Below, in pieces: positions 52,748 to 64,000 of a stretch of DNA of 64,000 nt. The position numbers and the translations under genes were made by a program. Location of the stretch: positions 60,264,001-60,328,000 of the forward strand of contig NC_043007.1 in assembly GCF_006345805.1 (NCBI RefSeq), read 5' to 3'. Origin of the DNA: Octopus sinensis (lineage: Eukaryota). The notes beneath the pieces are model-generated. The model worked only from the letters and a program-made list of their open reading frames with translations. It did not search any database and had not been told where the DNA came from. How positions within the stretch are numbered: the first letter of the stretch is position 1; every line of letters begins with the position of its first letter.

Positions 52748-53183
52748 ATCATCACCATCATCATTCTAATGTCCACTTTTCCATGCTTGCATGAGTCAGA
52801 ATTTACTGAGGTAGATTTTCTGTAGCCAGATGCCTTTCCATTGCCAACCCTAACCTTTTTCCAAGCAAGATATTTCTATATGGCCAGAGATGTTTTAACA
52901 GAATATTGGAAATGAATAACACTGCTTGTATGACAATGACACTCGCTTACAACTAGCATGTGATGTCATGAAAAGGAGGCACAATCACACATATACACAC
53001 ACACACACGCATGTGCACATGGCAGACTTCTTGCAGTCTCCATCTGCCAAATTTGCTCACACAGCTTTGGCTGGCTACAGCTAAAGTAGCCAACCAAATG
53101 CCCAAGGTACCACACAATGGGACTGAACCTAAAACAGTTTAGTTATAAAGCAGATTTTTCAACCACATTGCTATACCCATGCC
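52748..53183 (-). mobile_element. tRNA-head SINE with RTE-type tail
   Basis: Head (GGGACTGAACC...AACCACA on + strand) and central domain like 14211, but the 3' end is the (CAT)n-AATGTCCACTTTTCCATGC motif. Confidence 0.65.
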
Positions 53184-54772
53184 TATATATGTAGTATAAG
53201 CAAATTCACTATAGACATGTGATTTTATTTCCCAATGAGTGATAAATGAATAGGTGTTATATGATGACAGCTGTTCTTGTTTGACCCAAGTCAGTCTTTG
53301 AAAGGAATTCAAGCTGTGGTGATACCATCATTTTGGTGGGTTTGTAGGACTACATTTTGTAATGCAGCCTTTCCTTTTTAAGACAGCAGGATGTGATTTG
53401 ACAGATTTGGATGTTATTTCTGGTAAGTCAAAAATCCAAACAGAGGCTCCTTTGGCAAAGGGAAACCAAAGGAACCTAGGAAGTGGGTGGGATTAGATAC
53501 CAGAATGCTGGGCTGTATTGACAAAATATCAAGATATTGAAACCATATGGTGCCAATATCGTAAAATTGGATATTCATCATCATTTCATGTCCATTTTCT
53601 GTTCCAAAGTAGGTTAAATAGGTCATTACTGCTCTCCTAGATAAAGGACCAGACCTCACTCATAAGTTTAATTTTCTGACTTGATTTGTATGACTGGATG
53701 CACTTCCTATCACCAAGGCTGTTCCTCTCACTTATGAGAATAATGATGGTAACAGTTACGCAGTACTTTATATTCTCAGCTCACTGTCCATCGATCACTG
53801 GTTCATCTTACAAATAGCAATGGCTATATTTTAATATAACCATTGCTTATTTTAACTGAGAAGTTATGCACTTCTTCACTTCCACCATTTGGCCAAGTAT
53901 CAGTACCACACATAATTTATGTATTTACTTTGGGTGATGACAGCATACTTTTAATCTCTTCCATTAAAGAAACAGTGAAAATCAAATCTGCAGTTAAGGA
54001 CTATATAATTCGCAGGAAACTTCTGGCATAACATTATTCGCCAAAAGGAACTCCTTGAACCAGACAAAAGTTCATCTACAAAACAACCACCACCACTAGC
54101 ATCATATCAGCACAGTTCTTCAATATATTATACTAACATTTAGCCACAGCATAATCATAAGGAAGCAGTTGTACTTAATATTTTCATAGTCCCCCGTGAT
54201 TAGATGTTATTACTTACATAGACACACAAAGAGTATTGTATCATAGTAAATAGCTTAGTAATAATAAAAAGTAATAGATAAATTGTAATAATTTGAAAAC
54301 TTAATGGGTTGGGATACATTTGAATGGGATGTACTGTTCCTATGTTCTAAGAGATCATTTTTTACTATCTTATATTCTTGTTTTAAATTTACGTTAATTT
54401 AGGTAAGTTTTTTTTATTTATTTATTTTGTGTTGAAAGCATTTTCTGTAAAAATAAGCTTACTTTCTACTTTCTATCCCATGTAATCTTGGAATAGAGGA
54501 TGTTGATACAATGTTGGTGATAATCATCATGAAGTATAAAAAAGAGATGCAAAGGTTAGCTTTTATCACCATGCAGCTTTGACAGATAACCTGTCCATTT
54601 ATTTTCAATGCTAAAATTTCTCTTTCCAGAGATAGAAATTGTAACCAATTAATATAAATTTTTAGAAGTTGAACTAATGCTATTTCTAGTCAGTTACTTG
54701 GTTAGCTAGCAATAGCAGCCTTCTCTCAGACTAAATTCCACCAGGCTAAACAACAACTTTTAATCAGTTTCT

Positions 54773-54930
54773 ATAACCCTTTAGTACTTAAACCAACTAC
54801 ATCCTTCTTTTACCTGTTTTATGTTCAAACTGGCCAGATCTGGCCTCTCACACCTACCCTGCAATGTCATTGTAAAAATAAACAATATCATCATTGAAAT
54901 CTTGAAGCTTCAAAATAATAACTTTCCATA
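54773..54930. mobile_element. piggyBac-type MITE, truncated
   Basis: ATAACCCTTTAGTA...TTTTATGTTCAAACTGGCCAGATCTGGCCTCTCACACCTACCCTGCAATGTCATT. Confidence 0.6.
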
Positions 54931-56027
54931 ATTGTTTTCAAGTCACCGCATCAGTTTCTAAAACTGACTGAACTCAATAAAATAATTAACTTTATTTCTC
55001 CAGAAAATAGAAATGGCTTAAGTAATAAAGTTTAGTTCATCATCATATATATTTTTCCTTGCTGATATAGACTGAGCCATTTCACAGGGTCTTGTCACTT
55101 GTTTTAGGCCCCTGTCATTTACAGCACACAGTAACAGAGAAAATCAATCAACAATGTTGTTTTGTATTGTATACCTTACAGTTTGTTCTATCTGTTCCTT
55201 AGCTTCCCACCAGTGCTAGAGAGCATATACATGCAATAAGCCTAGAGGTTCCCTCCAGTATCTTAAAGACTAGCCTTTCTCTTCAGAACTAGAACACACA
55301 GGTGAGATGCACAATGGGGTAGCGCTCCTATATCTGGGATGCTGCTGCTATGCAGTTATCTTAGACCACATCCAGAGAAATAGCCACTCAGCAAATATGC
55401 CTCTAGCCTCTGGATTGCAGGCATACTCTTTTTACTTTGCCTTTTTTACCACTACAGTAGCCCCTGCTGATCTTTTGCCACTCTCACTATGGCAATCTCA
55501 TTTCACTCATCTCCCCTCCTTTTATCAACTATGTTGTGTCCTATTCCCATCGGGGCCCTATACTAACTACTACATCAAGCCCATTCTTACCAAAGATTCA
55601 ACCTTCTGTAATTCCCTCCCTGTACATATCCTTCTATAGTTGTCGCTTTGTAGCAGTCTAAGTGGAATATTTACATATTAGTCTCATTGACAGAGGGTCC
55701 CTTCTAACTAAATAATAATAATGATGCTGATAATAATAATAATTATTATTATTATTCCACTGCTCTTTCTTAAATACTGAAGAAGCTAAATGATCCAGTT
55801 TGTTTATTCTGTAATTGTTTGCATATACTTTGTAAAATGGAAACTGAGCAACTCCATATTGAAAATAACACATCTGGGTGAAGGAATAACCAAAGTAAAG
55901 CTTCTGCATTCTTTGTGTAATATCCATATGTTCATTTAGAGTACTAGATGCTAACAGATCTAAAGGAATTTTACCACATTTATCGCTGTTGATTATTTCT
56001 GCAATTCTAAATTATACAACATATAAT

Positions 56028-56510
56028 TCATGGTTGTGTGACTAAGAAGTTTGCTTCCCAATCATGTTTTTGCAAGTTCCTTAGGCAAGTGTCTTCTATT
56101 ATAGCTCCAGGAACCAACCAAAGCTTTATGGATGGATTTAGTGGCTAAAAACTAAAAGAAGCCCATCATAATTGTTTGAATGTACATCATTGTGTGTTTT
56201 TTGTGAGTGAGTTTGCATTTCCTCCTCTCATCTTAATGTGTGTTTGCTGATTGTAAACACAATGCTGTTCATGCAGATGGTGTCATTTGCTTGCAGTCTG
56301 CTACAAAAGTATGTCATAGTTCCTTGACATGCTGTGCAATCTTTGTAAACCAAAGACATTCAGATGATATCTTTTGTTTCTATTTCTCTGCATAACCATG
56401 TCCAGCTTGTTGTTCCATAAACTGGGAGATTATTAGATTATTACCTTGCTTGAAAACAGATGAGGGCTGATATCAGGAAGGGTATCCAGTCATAGAAAAC
56501 TCTACCACAA
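56028..56510 (+). mobile_element. tRNA-head SINE with RTE-type tail (decayed)
   Basis: ATGGTTGTGTGACTAAGAAGTTTGCTTCCCAA...AGGCAAGTGTCTTCTATTATAGC...; 3' GATATCAGGAAGGGTATCCAGTCATAGAAAAC. Confidence 0.6.
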
Positions 56511-57614
56511 TATCCTCTGACAAAAAAAAATGATGTAATTATTATTACACTGAGTATTAAGTTAATAATTATATCTTACCTTTTATTGATGACACTAACA
56601 AAGACAAATTCATTTTGTACTTAAAAGTCTATCATTAATATTGAATTTACTAGCCATAGAATTTTTAGAAGTTGAGGAACATTGATGGTATAGTTAAGGC
56701 CAGTTGTTTAGAAATATCTTTATATTTAGCTCCAAGAAGTAAACAGGAGAATCAAAATGGACAAGATAGCTCAACTAAACAAATTTAACATTCAAGAAAT
56801 TCTCTTTAATGTGGTAAGAAGTTGGTTGTAGATCAATTGATTCAAATATTTATTAACAGCTATTGGTACCAACCTTAATCCTAACAAACTAGAGATTTTA
56901 TTGTTGCATATTGGGCTTAATGTAATAAACATACAATGTTGTGCAAGTTTTAATTATTCTTTAAAACAGCTTCAATCAATGCAAGACACTATCTTTGTAC
57001 TATAAGAGATTGTTTTACCCATGGAGTAGTTCAAATCATTATTGGGACCAGACAGAGAATAAACCCATCTGATAGGCTAGATCTTTGGAACAAGTTTAAT
57101 CTAATCCTCCTTAGTTCTGAAAGTTTCTGATGCTACTAAGAATTTAAGTGTTAAATTTGAGCAATCTGACAGAGTAAATCCTAAGCATAGAAACCATGCC
57201 TTCCTGTGGCAACTTTGTGCCTTTTATCCTGCTAAAACTACTTCCAAAATGTAAAAGGATACACACTGGGCTATTGTAAGCCAATCCAGTGGCCACACCA
57301 CTTCTGCCTTACAGTCTAAGGTATCTTCAGCTATTCCACCTTACACCTATGATTATGAGAAAAATAATAGCATGGTAATTGAAATTATCACAGATGCAGA
57401 ATCATCTGAAAATTTTATGCCAAAGACAGGTACTGTTTTACCATTTTTATAGCTACATCTGAACTAACAGCATGAATTAATGGATTTTCTATCACTAAAA
57501 TATCTATAAAAGATGGATAAAAATCCAGAAGTTTCTGTGATTCTGCAACTTTGTGCTGATTGGACTATAGAATGTCTTTTCTATTATTTAATTAGATAAA
57601 GTAATTAGAGTTAC

Positions 57615-57870
57615 TGTGATAGTTGCATTGGGTTGCTGATTTTGGTATCCTGATATATACATATATTTATATATATAGAACTCTCAAGAGAAGTCGTGTG
57701 CAACCATATGGTAATAATGAGATGAGAGATGTATGAGCTGGCAGCCATAAAAGGAGTGATACCATTATACACAGGGATGATGCTAGGAACTGTACAGCAT
57801 GGCCCTCAGAAGTCAGCTGTGTAATCTTGCAGTTATGCACATTCAACTTATTTTCTATAAGACTGAAGTA
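57615..57870 (+). repeat. 5' LTR
   Basis: TGTGATAGTTGCATTGGG...TTTTCTATAAGACTGAAGTA; carries a small TA expansion and lacks the last ~5 nt seen in the 3' LTR. Confidence 0.92.
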
Positions 57871-59953
57871 TGGCAGCAAGGATGACATCCAGAAAACATT
57901 TAAACTTGAACTTGGAAGAAGCTAATGCCTAGCTGATACAGTTTGGTAGAAGGTGTCAAAACGAAGCCAATGTTTCTTTCTAACTGTGGAGCAGAAGTTA
58001 AAAGATGTTCTTTTCCTGGTGAGTCTTCAGAACACAACATACCAACAAATAATGAATGTGTTGCCACAACTAATAAAGCCAAAGGAGAGACTGTTAATTG
58101 CAGACATATTAAAATTATTGGAACTAAAGCAACTAGAAGATGAATCAATCAATGACTTCCTTCTTAGGATTAATTTCCAAGCTTCCTTCTGTTACTTGAA
58201 TAGGTTGAAAGAAAATCCAGAAGAGGAAATCATGAAACTCCATTGCAGAGATAAAGTTTAAAATTTTGGATCAGTTATGGTGTCGTTACAGTGAAATACC
58301 TGCCCTCACATCCACCATAGAATCGGAAACACCGTTTGCAAGTAGTCGACAAACAATAACAAACTTTAATGTCAACAAAAATACCAGCAGTCGTGACATT
58401 GTGATGGCATGTCGAAATTGTGGTCATACACACAAAGCTTGTGTGTGTCCAACATATAGAAAAAATTGTAATAAGTGTGGCAAATTAGGGATTTTGCAAG
58501 ATTATACCGATCTAAAAATGATAGCCATGTGGACAACATAAATGTATCTCCAAATGAGATTGGATCTGTTGACAGTTTGTTGCCAAATGTGAACATCATT
58601 GAGAGTGCAGATAACATGGGTTTTTGCAAGTGTTTTATAAATAACAGAAGCATAGATATGAAAGTGGATACTGAGGCAGCTTGTTCAATAGTCCCATTAT
58701 CATTTGCAACACTACCGTCTCTGGTATGTCAGGTGCAAAATGTTTCTCCACTCTAAATTTAAAGCATGCATATTGGAAAATACCTTTAGCAGAAGAAGCA
58801 AGGCAGATTTGCACTATTAATGCAATCAATGGTCTCTACCTGGTTACCAGACTTCAAATGGGCCTTAAGAGTTAGTGGCATATTTCAGAACTGCATTCAT
58901 AAGTCACACCTTTAGCCAGGCACAATGAAATTGGTCAAACATAGAGAGAGATGCTTATGCATAAGTATGCTGCAGTTTTATTTTAAAACCTTGTTTGCAA
59001 TGGATTTAGATGTATCTTGATGTGCTTCATAAAAAATAGCCAGGTGGAGTTTGATTCTGTCACAGTACAATTTTGTTGTTAAGTATGTTCCAGGTAAAAG
59101 TATTCTGCACATCAATGCCCTCTTTCAATTGATGCATAATGAGACTAGCGAAGGTGATATAATTTTCTTTGCATTTAGATAAATATGACAGTGTGTGGCA
59201 GGACATCAATCCCATAATGATGAAAGGCATCTGAAAACAACTAAGTGCAAACGCATTATATGACAAAATAAAGGAAGAATTTTACAGCAAAATTGGAGAT
59301 CAGTCTCAAATCTAGAATGTGCATTTGCTAAAGAGAATGATTTCCTAACATGCAAAAATGGTTTAGGGCTGTACAAATTGTGAAAGCTGTGCTGAAACAT
59401 TTTGATCCGAAGACCAGGAATTTCAGCAACTACTTGAACAAAATTCTGTTCAACCATCGGAGCCTCGGGTGGTTATAAATTATCACTGGCCAAAAAGTTA
59501 ATGAAAGGACCATTGAGGGTTGCTGTAAACACATTCTTTGAAATAGGTAAGGATGTAATGCACAAAACCATGTTCAATAAGGTTGCATCCAAGGCAAAAT
59601 ATGTGATACATACTGGAAAGAATACTACATGGATTAAGGAGTAGGGTCAGCCACCGCAGTTAGCGGCAGTTGAGCAACTGGTCCCACTAAACAGATGGGA
59701 ACCAGAATTGAGCACAACACCTGGCACAGTGGTTAATGCCAAGTCTGCAAGGATGCCTAACATTGATGGTGCAACTATATCAAGTCCCAAGGCTAGGCAT
59801 GACACTAACACCAGAGTTATAGAAGTGGAGAAGCTTAATATTGACAATTAATATTGAAGGTCAACCATGAAAATTTCATCAAGTCCTCAACTAAGGCGAA
59901 GTGCAAGAATTGCTGCATGATGTAAAAAGCCAAAACATTTCAAGGAGAAATAC

Positions 59954-60199
59954 TGTGATAGTAGCATTGGGTTGCTGATTTTGGTATCTTGATACATATA
60001 CTCAAGGGAAGTCTCATGCAACCACGTGGAAATCATGAGATGAGATAAGAGATGTATGAGCTGGCAGCCATGAAAGGAGTGATACCTCTATGCACAGAGG
60101 ATGATGCTAGGAACTGTACAGCATGGCCCACAGAAGTGAGCTGTGTAATCTTGAAGTTACAAACATTCAACATATTTTCTATAAGAGTGAGGCACAACA
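59954..60199 (+). repeat. 3' LTR
   Basis: TGTGATAGTAGCATTGGG...GAGTGAGGCACAACA; by eye about 85-90% identical to the 5' LTR. Confidence 0.92.
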
Positions 60200-62609
60200 G
60201 TTACTTTATTATGAATCAGAACCTTTTATGTAGTTCATAGTTTTATTCAACTACAAGTGGCTCTAAAATGCAAACCTGTTTCATCCAAACTTCACGTCAG
60301 TTTGGAAAATAAAGAACTGATAGTCAGAAATTTCAAAACTTTTAAGGGATGGATACATAGAACCAAGTAGTTCACCAAAGTGGGTTCAGATTGAAGTTGT
60401 TATGGCAATTACGTCAAGAAAAGACTTATAAAATATTTCTCTCTCAAACTATCAACCATTTTACAAAGCTAAATGGTTACCCAGTTCTCTGTATAGATGA
60501 TCTGATCAATGTTATATCCAAACATAAATATTATGGCAAAAATTATCTAAGTAGCGCTAATTATCAAGTTGCTATAATATCTGTAGAGTGACCATATGCA
60601 GCTTTCCAAGCATCTAGAAGTCTATATCAACTTAATAGCATTCCTGTGGTTACTACAAATGGTGTGTCTGTGTTTCAGCAAGTCATCTAGAAATTTATCA
60701 ATGAAAATAATCTTAAAGGTATCTATTTTATATTTAGATGATATTTTAGTTTGTAGTGAAACAAAATCAGAGCAAAAAACCAACAATTCAAATTTCTTTA
60801 AAGCTGCCAAACATAATAACCTGACCTTAAACAAAAATAAATCTAATAACTGTTTATATATATTAACTTAGATTATCTGATTTCATGTGAAGAATCATGT
60901 GACCATGTGTTAATCAAGAAAACCATTAAATTCTTGAAGAGCTAGCTCTACCTCAGAATAGTAAAAAAAATCCAGTTTATTGTATATTATACCCAATGGA
61001 TCCTTCCCACTCTTATGAAATAAGGTCAATACTTGTTGCACATTTTCTTCTATCTGAAGACACTGTAAGCTGTATCAGTTCTATTTCAAATAATCTTAAA
61101 CAAGCCATCTTCAGCCACTATCAATATGATTCACATTTTATCATTGAAACATGATATTGATGAAACTATTGCTGCAATATTATCTATGATATTTTCCTCA
61201 ACGTTCTTAAATAATTCTCAAAAAAAATCTTCTTGTCACATTGTTGTAAAAGAAATGTGTACATTTAGAGAGACTGTGAGACAATGGAAATATTTTTTCC
61301 ATAAAACATTTTGATTTAGTGACAGATCAAAGGTTTGTTTCATTCATGTTTGACCATATGAACCAAGGCAAGATTTTAAGAAAACGAAACTCCTGGGTTT
61401 TGACTGATTTTCTCAACTGTTTAGCTATAAGCTATAGATCTGGCCTGGAGAATCTTTCAATTGATTGTCTGTCTTGTACTTGTGCTATTACTTTTGCAAC
61501 TTTAAATTGCTACATAATGTGCACTGCAGTAAAAGACAAATGCTTCATTTTATAAAAGTTTGTAAACTAATCATTAAAGAAGTAGGAGTCTGCACCAACT
61601 TGCCAGGCATATGATAAATGGAATTGATATTGTCTGAAGGGTACTTCGATTTTAAAGGATTTCTTTCTCATTCTAACAACTCAAATGTATACTTACTACA
61701 ACTGATGAATTTTCTTACCATTTGCTTATCTATACCTTGATACAATTAGAGAGTGCCTAACTCATCACTTCTCAATTTTTAGTCAACCATTGTTTATTCA
61801 TTTAGGGGAAGAGTGGGTAGCTTCTTCATATTTGTCAAATTGAAACAGTTGCTGAAAAGCAATCAGATTTGTACATGCCATATCATCTTGTAATTCTTTA
61901 GGGAGCTCAGTGCAAAAGACATAAGAATCTCTGGAATCATATAAAGTTATTCCTTGCACAATGGAAGACTGTGTTACTAGATGTTCTTTTTATTTTCTAG
62001 AATGACATCTACCTGATCTATGTGCCCCACATGGTTGTCTGAATTTGGTACAGATTATCTGCATTATTACATACTTAATTCAAAATTGAAATTTCTAGTG
62101 AAGCCTATATATCTTGTAACAGCTAATTCCAATTATGCTCATCAAGTTGACTAGAAAAACTTGGTTTCTACAAGCCATCTAACTCCTGTCAGATACAATG
62201 AACATTACTCTATGCTAGTTATTTATGGTGTAAGGCCAGTCCAAGCTGAAGTGGCAAATAGGTATCTGTGGTTCAAGAAAACTGCTTTATTCCAGTTGAT
62301 GCATCTACCAACTATAACCCAAACACTTAGGTGGTAAAGTGTATATTATTTTGTAGATCAACAAGAACTTGTATATCGATTGTGAAATTTGTTAACTCTG
62401 TTTTTAATAAGTTCTAATTATAATTTTTTTATGGTTTTCATTTCATTGTTTTAATTAACTTTATAAGTAATAACCAATGTGAAATTGAAACCTGAAATAT
62501 CTAATATTGTAATCGTTTAAAGTAAAAATAAACAAATAGGATTCATATTTTAATTTACCCAGTAGATAATAATAAAAAAATTTATAACATGCTTATCAAA
62601 ATACATAAA

Positions 62610-62960
62610 TGCTAACCATGTGATTTTGGGTTTAGACGCACTGTGGGGTACTTTGGGGAAGTGTTTTCTGCAATAACCCCAGGCCAACCAAAGTTTTGTG
62701 AATGGATTTGTTAGATAGGAACTGAAAGAAGCCTTTCACATGGATGTATTGTTTCTTTGATGGTATGTGATAGTTATAAACAAGCATCACCATCATACAA
62801 GCAGCATCTTCCATTTCCAATCTACTTCACGAGAAATTGATATTACTTTGTTTGGAAGCAGCTGGGAGTTGTAACAAGAACATCCAGCTGCAGATGATTT
62901 GTCTCAATCAATTCCATTTGATTCTTACAGGCATTGAAAAGTGGACATTAAAACAGTGAC
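62610..62960 (+). mobile_element. tRNA-head SINE with RTE-type tail (decayed)
   Basis: CCAAAGTTTTGTGAATGGATTTGTTAGATAGGAACTGAAAGAAGCC central domain; 3' CATCCAGCTG...GAAAAGTGGACATTAAA; mirror image of 52748-53183. Confidence 0.6.
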
Positions 62961-63049
62961 TACTTAACCTTAGAAATAGTTATCCTTTATACCTTCTTCC
63001 AGTGATGGCTGCTGACAGTGTATTTTTTTCCAAATTGATTAACACTAGC

Positions 63050-63240
63050 TTCTAAACTGGCCATATCTGGCTCGAATATTCTACATATTTCATGTTCAAA
63101 CTGGCCAGATCTGGTCACTCACACCTACCCTACAATGTTATTCTAAATGTAAACAATCATATCATCATAATTTTGAGGTTTCAAGATAATGTATGATTAA
63201 TTCAATATAATGTGTAATAATACAAAACTAAATGTACTTT
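63050..63240. mobile_element. piggyBac-type MITE, decayed
   Basis: AAACTGGCCATATCTGG...CATGTTCAAACTGGCCAGATCTGG..CTCACACCTACCCTACAATGT shared with 36699 and 54773. Confidence 0.55.
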
Positions 63241-64000
63241 GTTTCACATTATTAAATATGCTGTTGCAGATAAATGGCTGGGAGATCAACAGTCAAACAG
63301 AAAACCTATCACTCTGCATCACATTATTGTAGTGCCTGCATGGCACAATATGGTGACAGCAGTAAAACAAGATAAATATATTGAATCGAAAATAATCAGA
63401 TTACCTGCACATTATTATCATTAGACTTTGCTCAATGCTACCAATGTACCAGTATTATCACTGAACGTGACGTGACACAAAGCAAAAGAACAAGAAGAAA
63501 ACAGATACACAGTAACAAACTGCAGGAATACACATGTTTAGCTGGAGGTATTGCTACAAATTTATATACAAGACTATTGTTATCATATCAGTTACACAGT
63601 GCATGTTGTGCCACATAAAATAACCAAATCATGCAGTGTTGTATTGCACAAGAAAAACAACAATAATATGGCAACAGTTTGGTCTTGGCAATTTGGATAA
63701 ATTACACATTATAAATACTAGTACATGACCTGTTGTTTTATACCAGACCAAAATACATATTAGTTTACAAGTGTTTTATTTCCATATACATTATATACCA
63801 CAAACAGACAGACAGGAGATTTCAATAATTAAACAGTGTCTTTGTATGCAATATTTTTACTGAATTTAACACTTTCCTAATAGTAATGCCTGCAAAATCC
63901 TCTTCATTCATGACAAACTGTTCAATAATGAAATTCATTTCAAGATGGCTATAACCTTACAATGGGTGGATGGATGAATGGATGGATTGATACATGGCAT

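Larger units (their letters stand above)
57615..60199 (+). mobile_element. Mag-like Ty3/Gypsy LTR retrotransposon, internally deleted (2585 bp)
   Basis: Two ~250-bp LTRs, outer ends TG and CA; 5-bp TSD GTTAC (57610-57614 and 60200-60204); PBS-like TGGCAGCAAGGATG; PPT-like AAGGAGAAA; CRNCGHTHKACVCPTYRKNCNKCGKLG knuckles; VDTEAACS protease; FSTLNLKHAYWKIPL RT fragment; WSLILSQYNFVVKYVPGK. Confidence 0.93.
56757..62200 (+). mobile_element. Old, heavily decayed Ty3/Gypsy element (gag-PR-RT-RH-INT), interrupted by the insertion at 57615-60199
   Basis: Upstream of the insertion: MDKIAQLNKF gag-like start, decayed knuckle (PAK...HWA) and IITDAESSENF protease-like motif. Downstream: EPSSSP, SQTINHFTKLNGYPVLCIDDL, TNGVSVFQ, YLDD (60731-60742), LVTDQRFVSFMF, ISYRSGLEN, DFKG, TDEFS and YAH. 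LTRs not found. Confidence 0.75.

Noticed and set aside
1-64000. CRISPR array, rRNA, prokaryotic operon or novel multi-gene defence system
   Set aside because: No regularly spaced repeat-spacer structure, no rRNA motifs and no intact non-TE ORFs. Every recognisable coding remnant belongs to a eukaryotic transposable element.

Overview
AT-rich, repeat-dominated animal genomic DNA. I recognise the SINE and MITE sequences as octopus-like, so a coleoid cephalopod origin is an inference, not a database result. No host gene could be identified with confidence, and there is no rRNA gene, tRNA gene, CRISPR array or prokaryotic feature. Layout: (1) 1-10.2 kb holds a broken DD41D Tc1/mariner cut by a 100-N gap and a tight cluster of four CR1-group LINE pieces in both orientations. 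One LINE piece keeps a CCCH-finger ORF1, the APE endonuclease and the first part of RT. A Penelope-like terminus and a Helentron/DINE-1-like element sit within the cluster. (2) 10.25-19.5 kb is a ~9.2 kb strand-asymmetric (TA/TG) array with young SINE and LINE-tail insertions; all the Y/I/M/C/V/H/T-rich ORFs there are artefacts. (3) 19.5-56 kb is CpG-poor, intron-like sequence with old SINEs, piggyBac-type MITEs, an internally deleted rosa-like mariner, a full-length Tc1 with DD36E spacing, and two long foldback elements. (4) 56.7-62.2 kb is an old decayed Gypsy interrupted by a 2.6-kb collapsed Mag-like LTR element with a GTTAC target-site duplication. I found no convincing new multi-gene system. 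The most interesting signals are the DD36E transposon, the CCCH-finger LINE ORF1, a covarying 3' hairpin shared by LINE and SINE tails, the two foldbacks and a CpG-decay contrast across the window. Boundaries were read by eye and those of decayed repeats are approximate.
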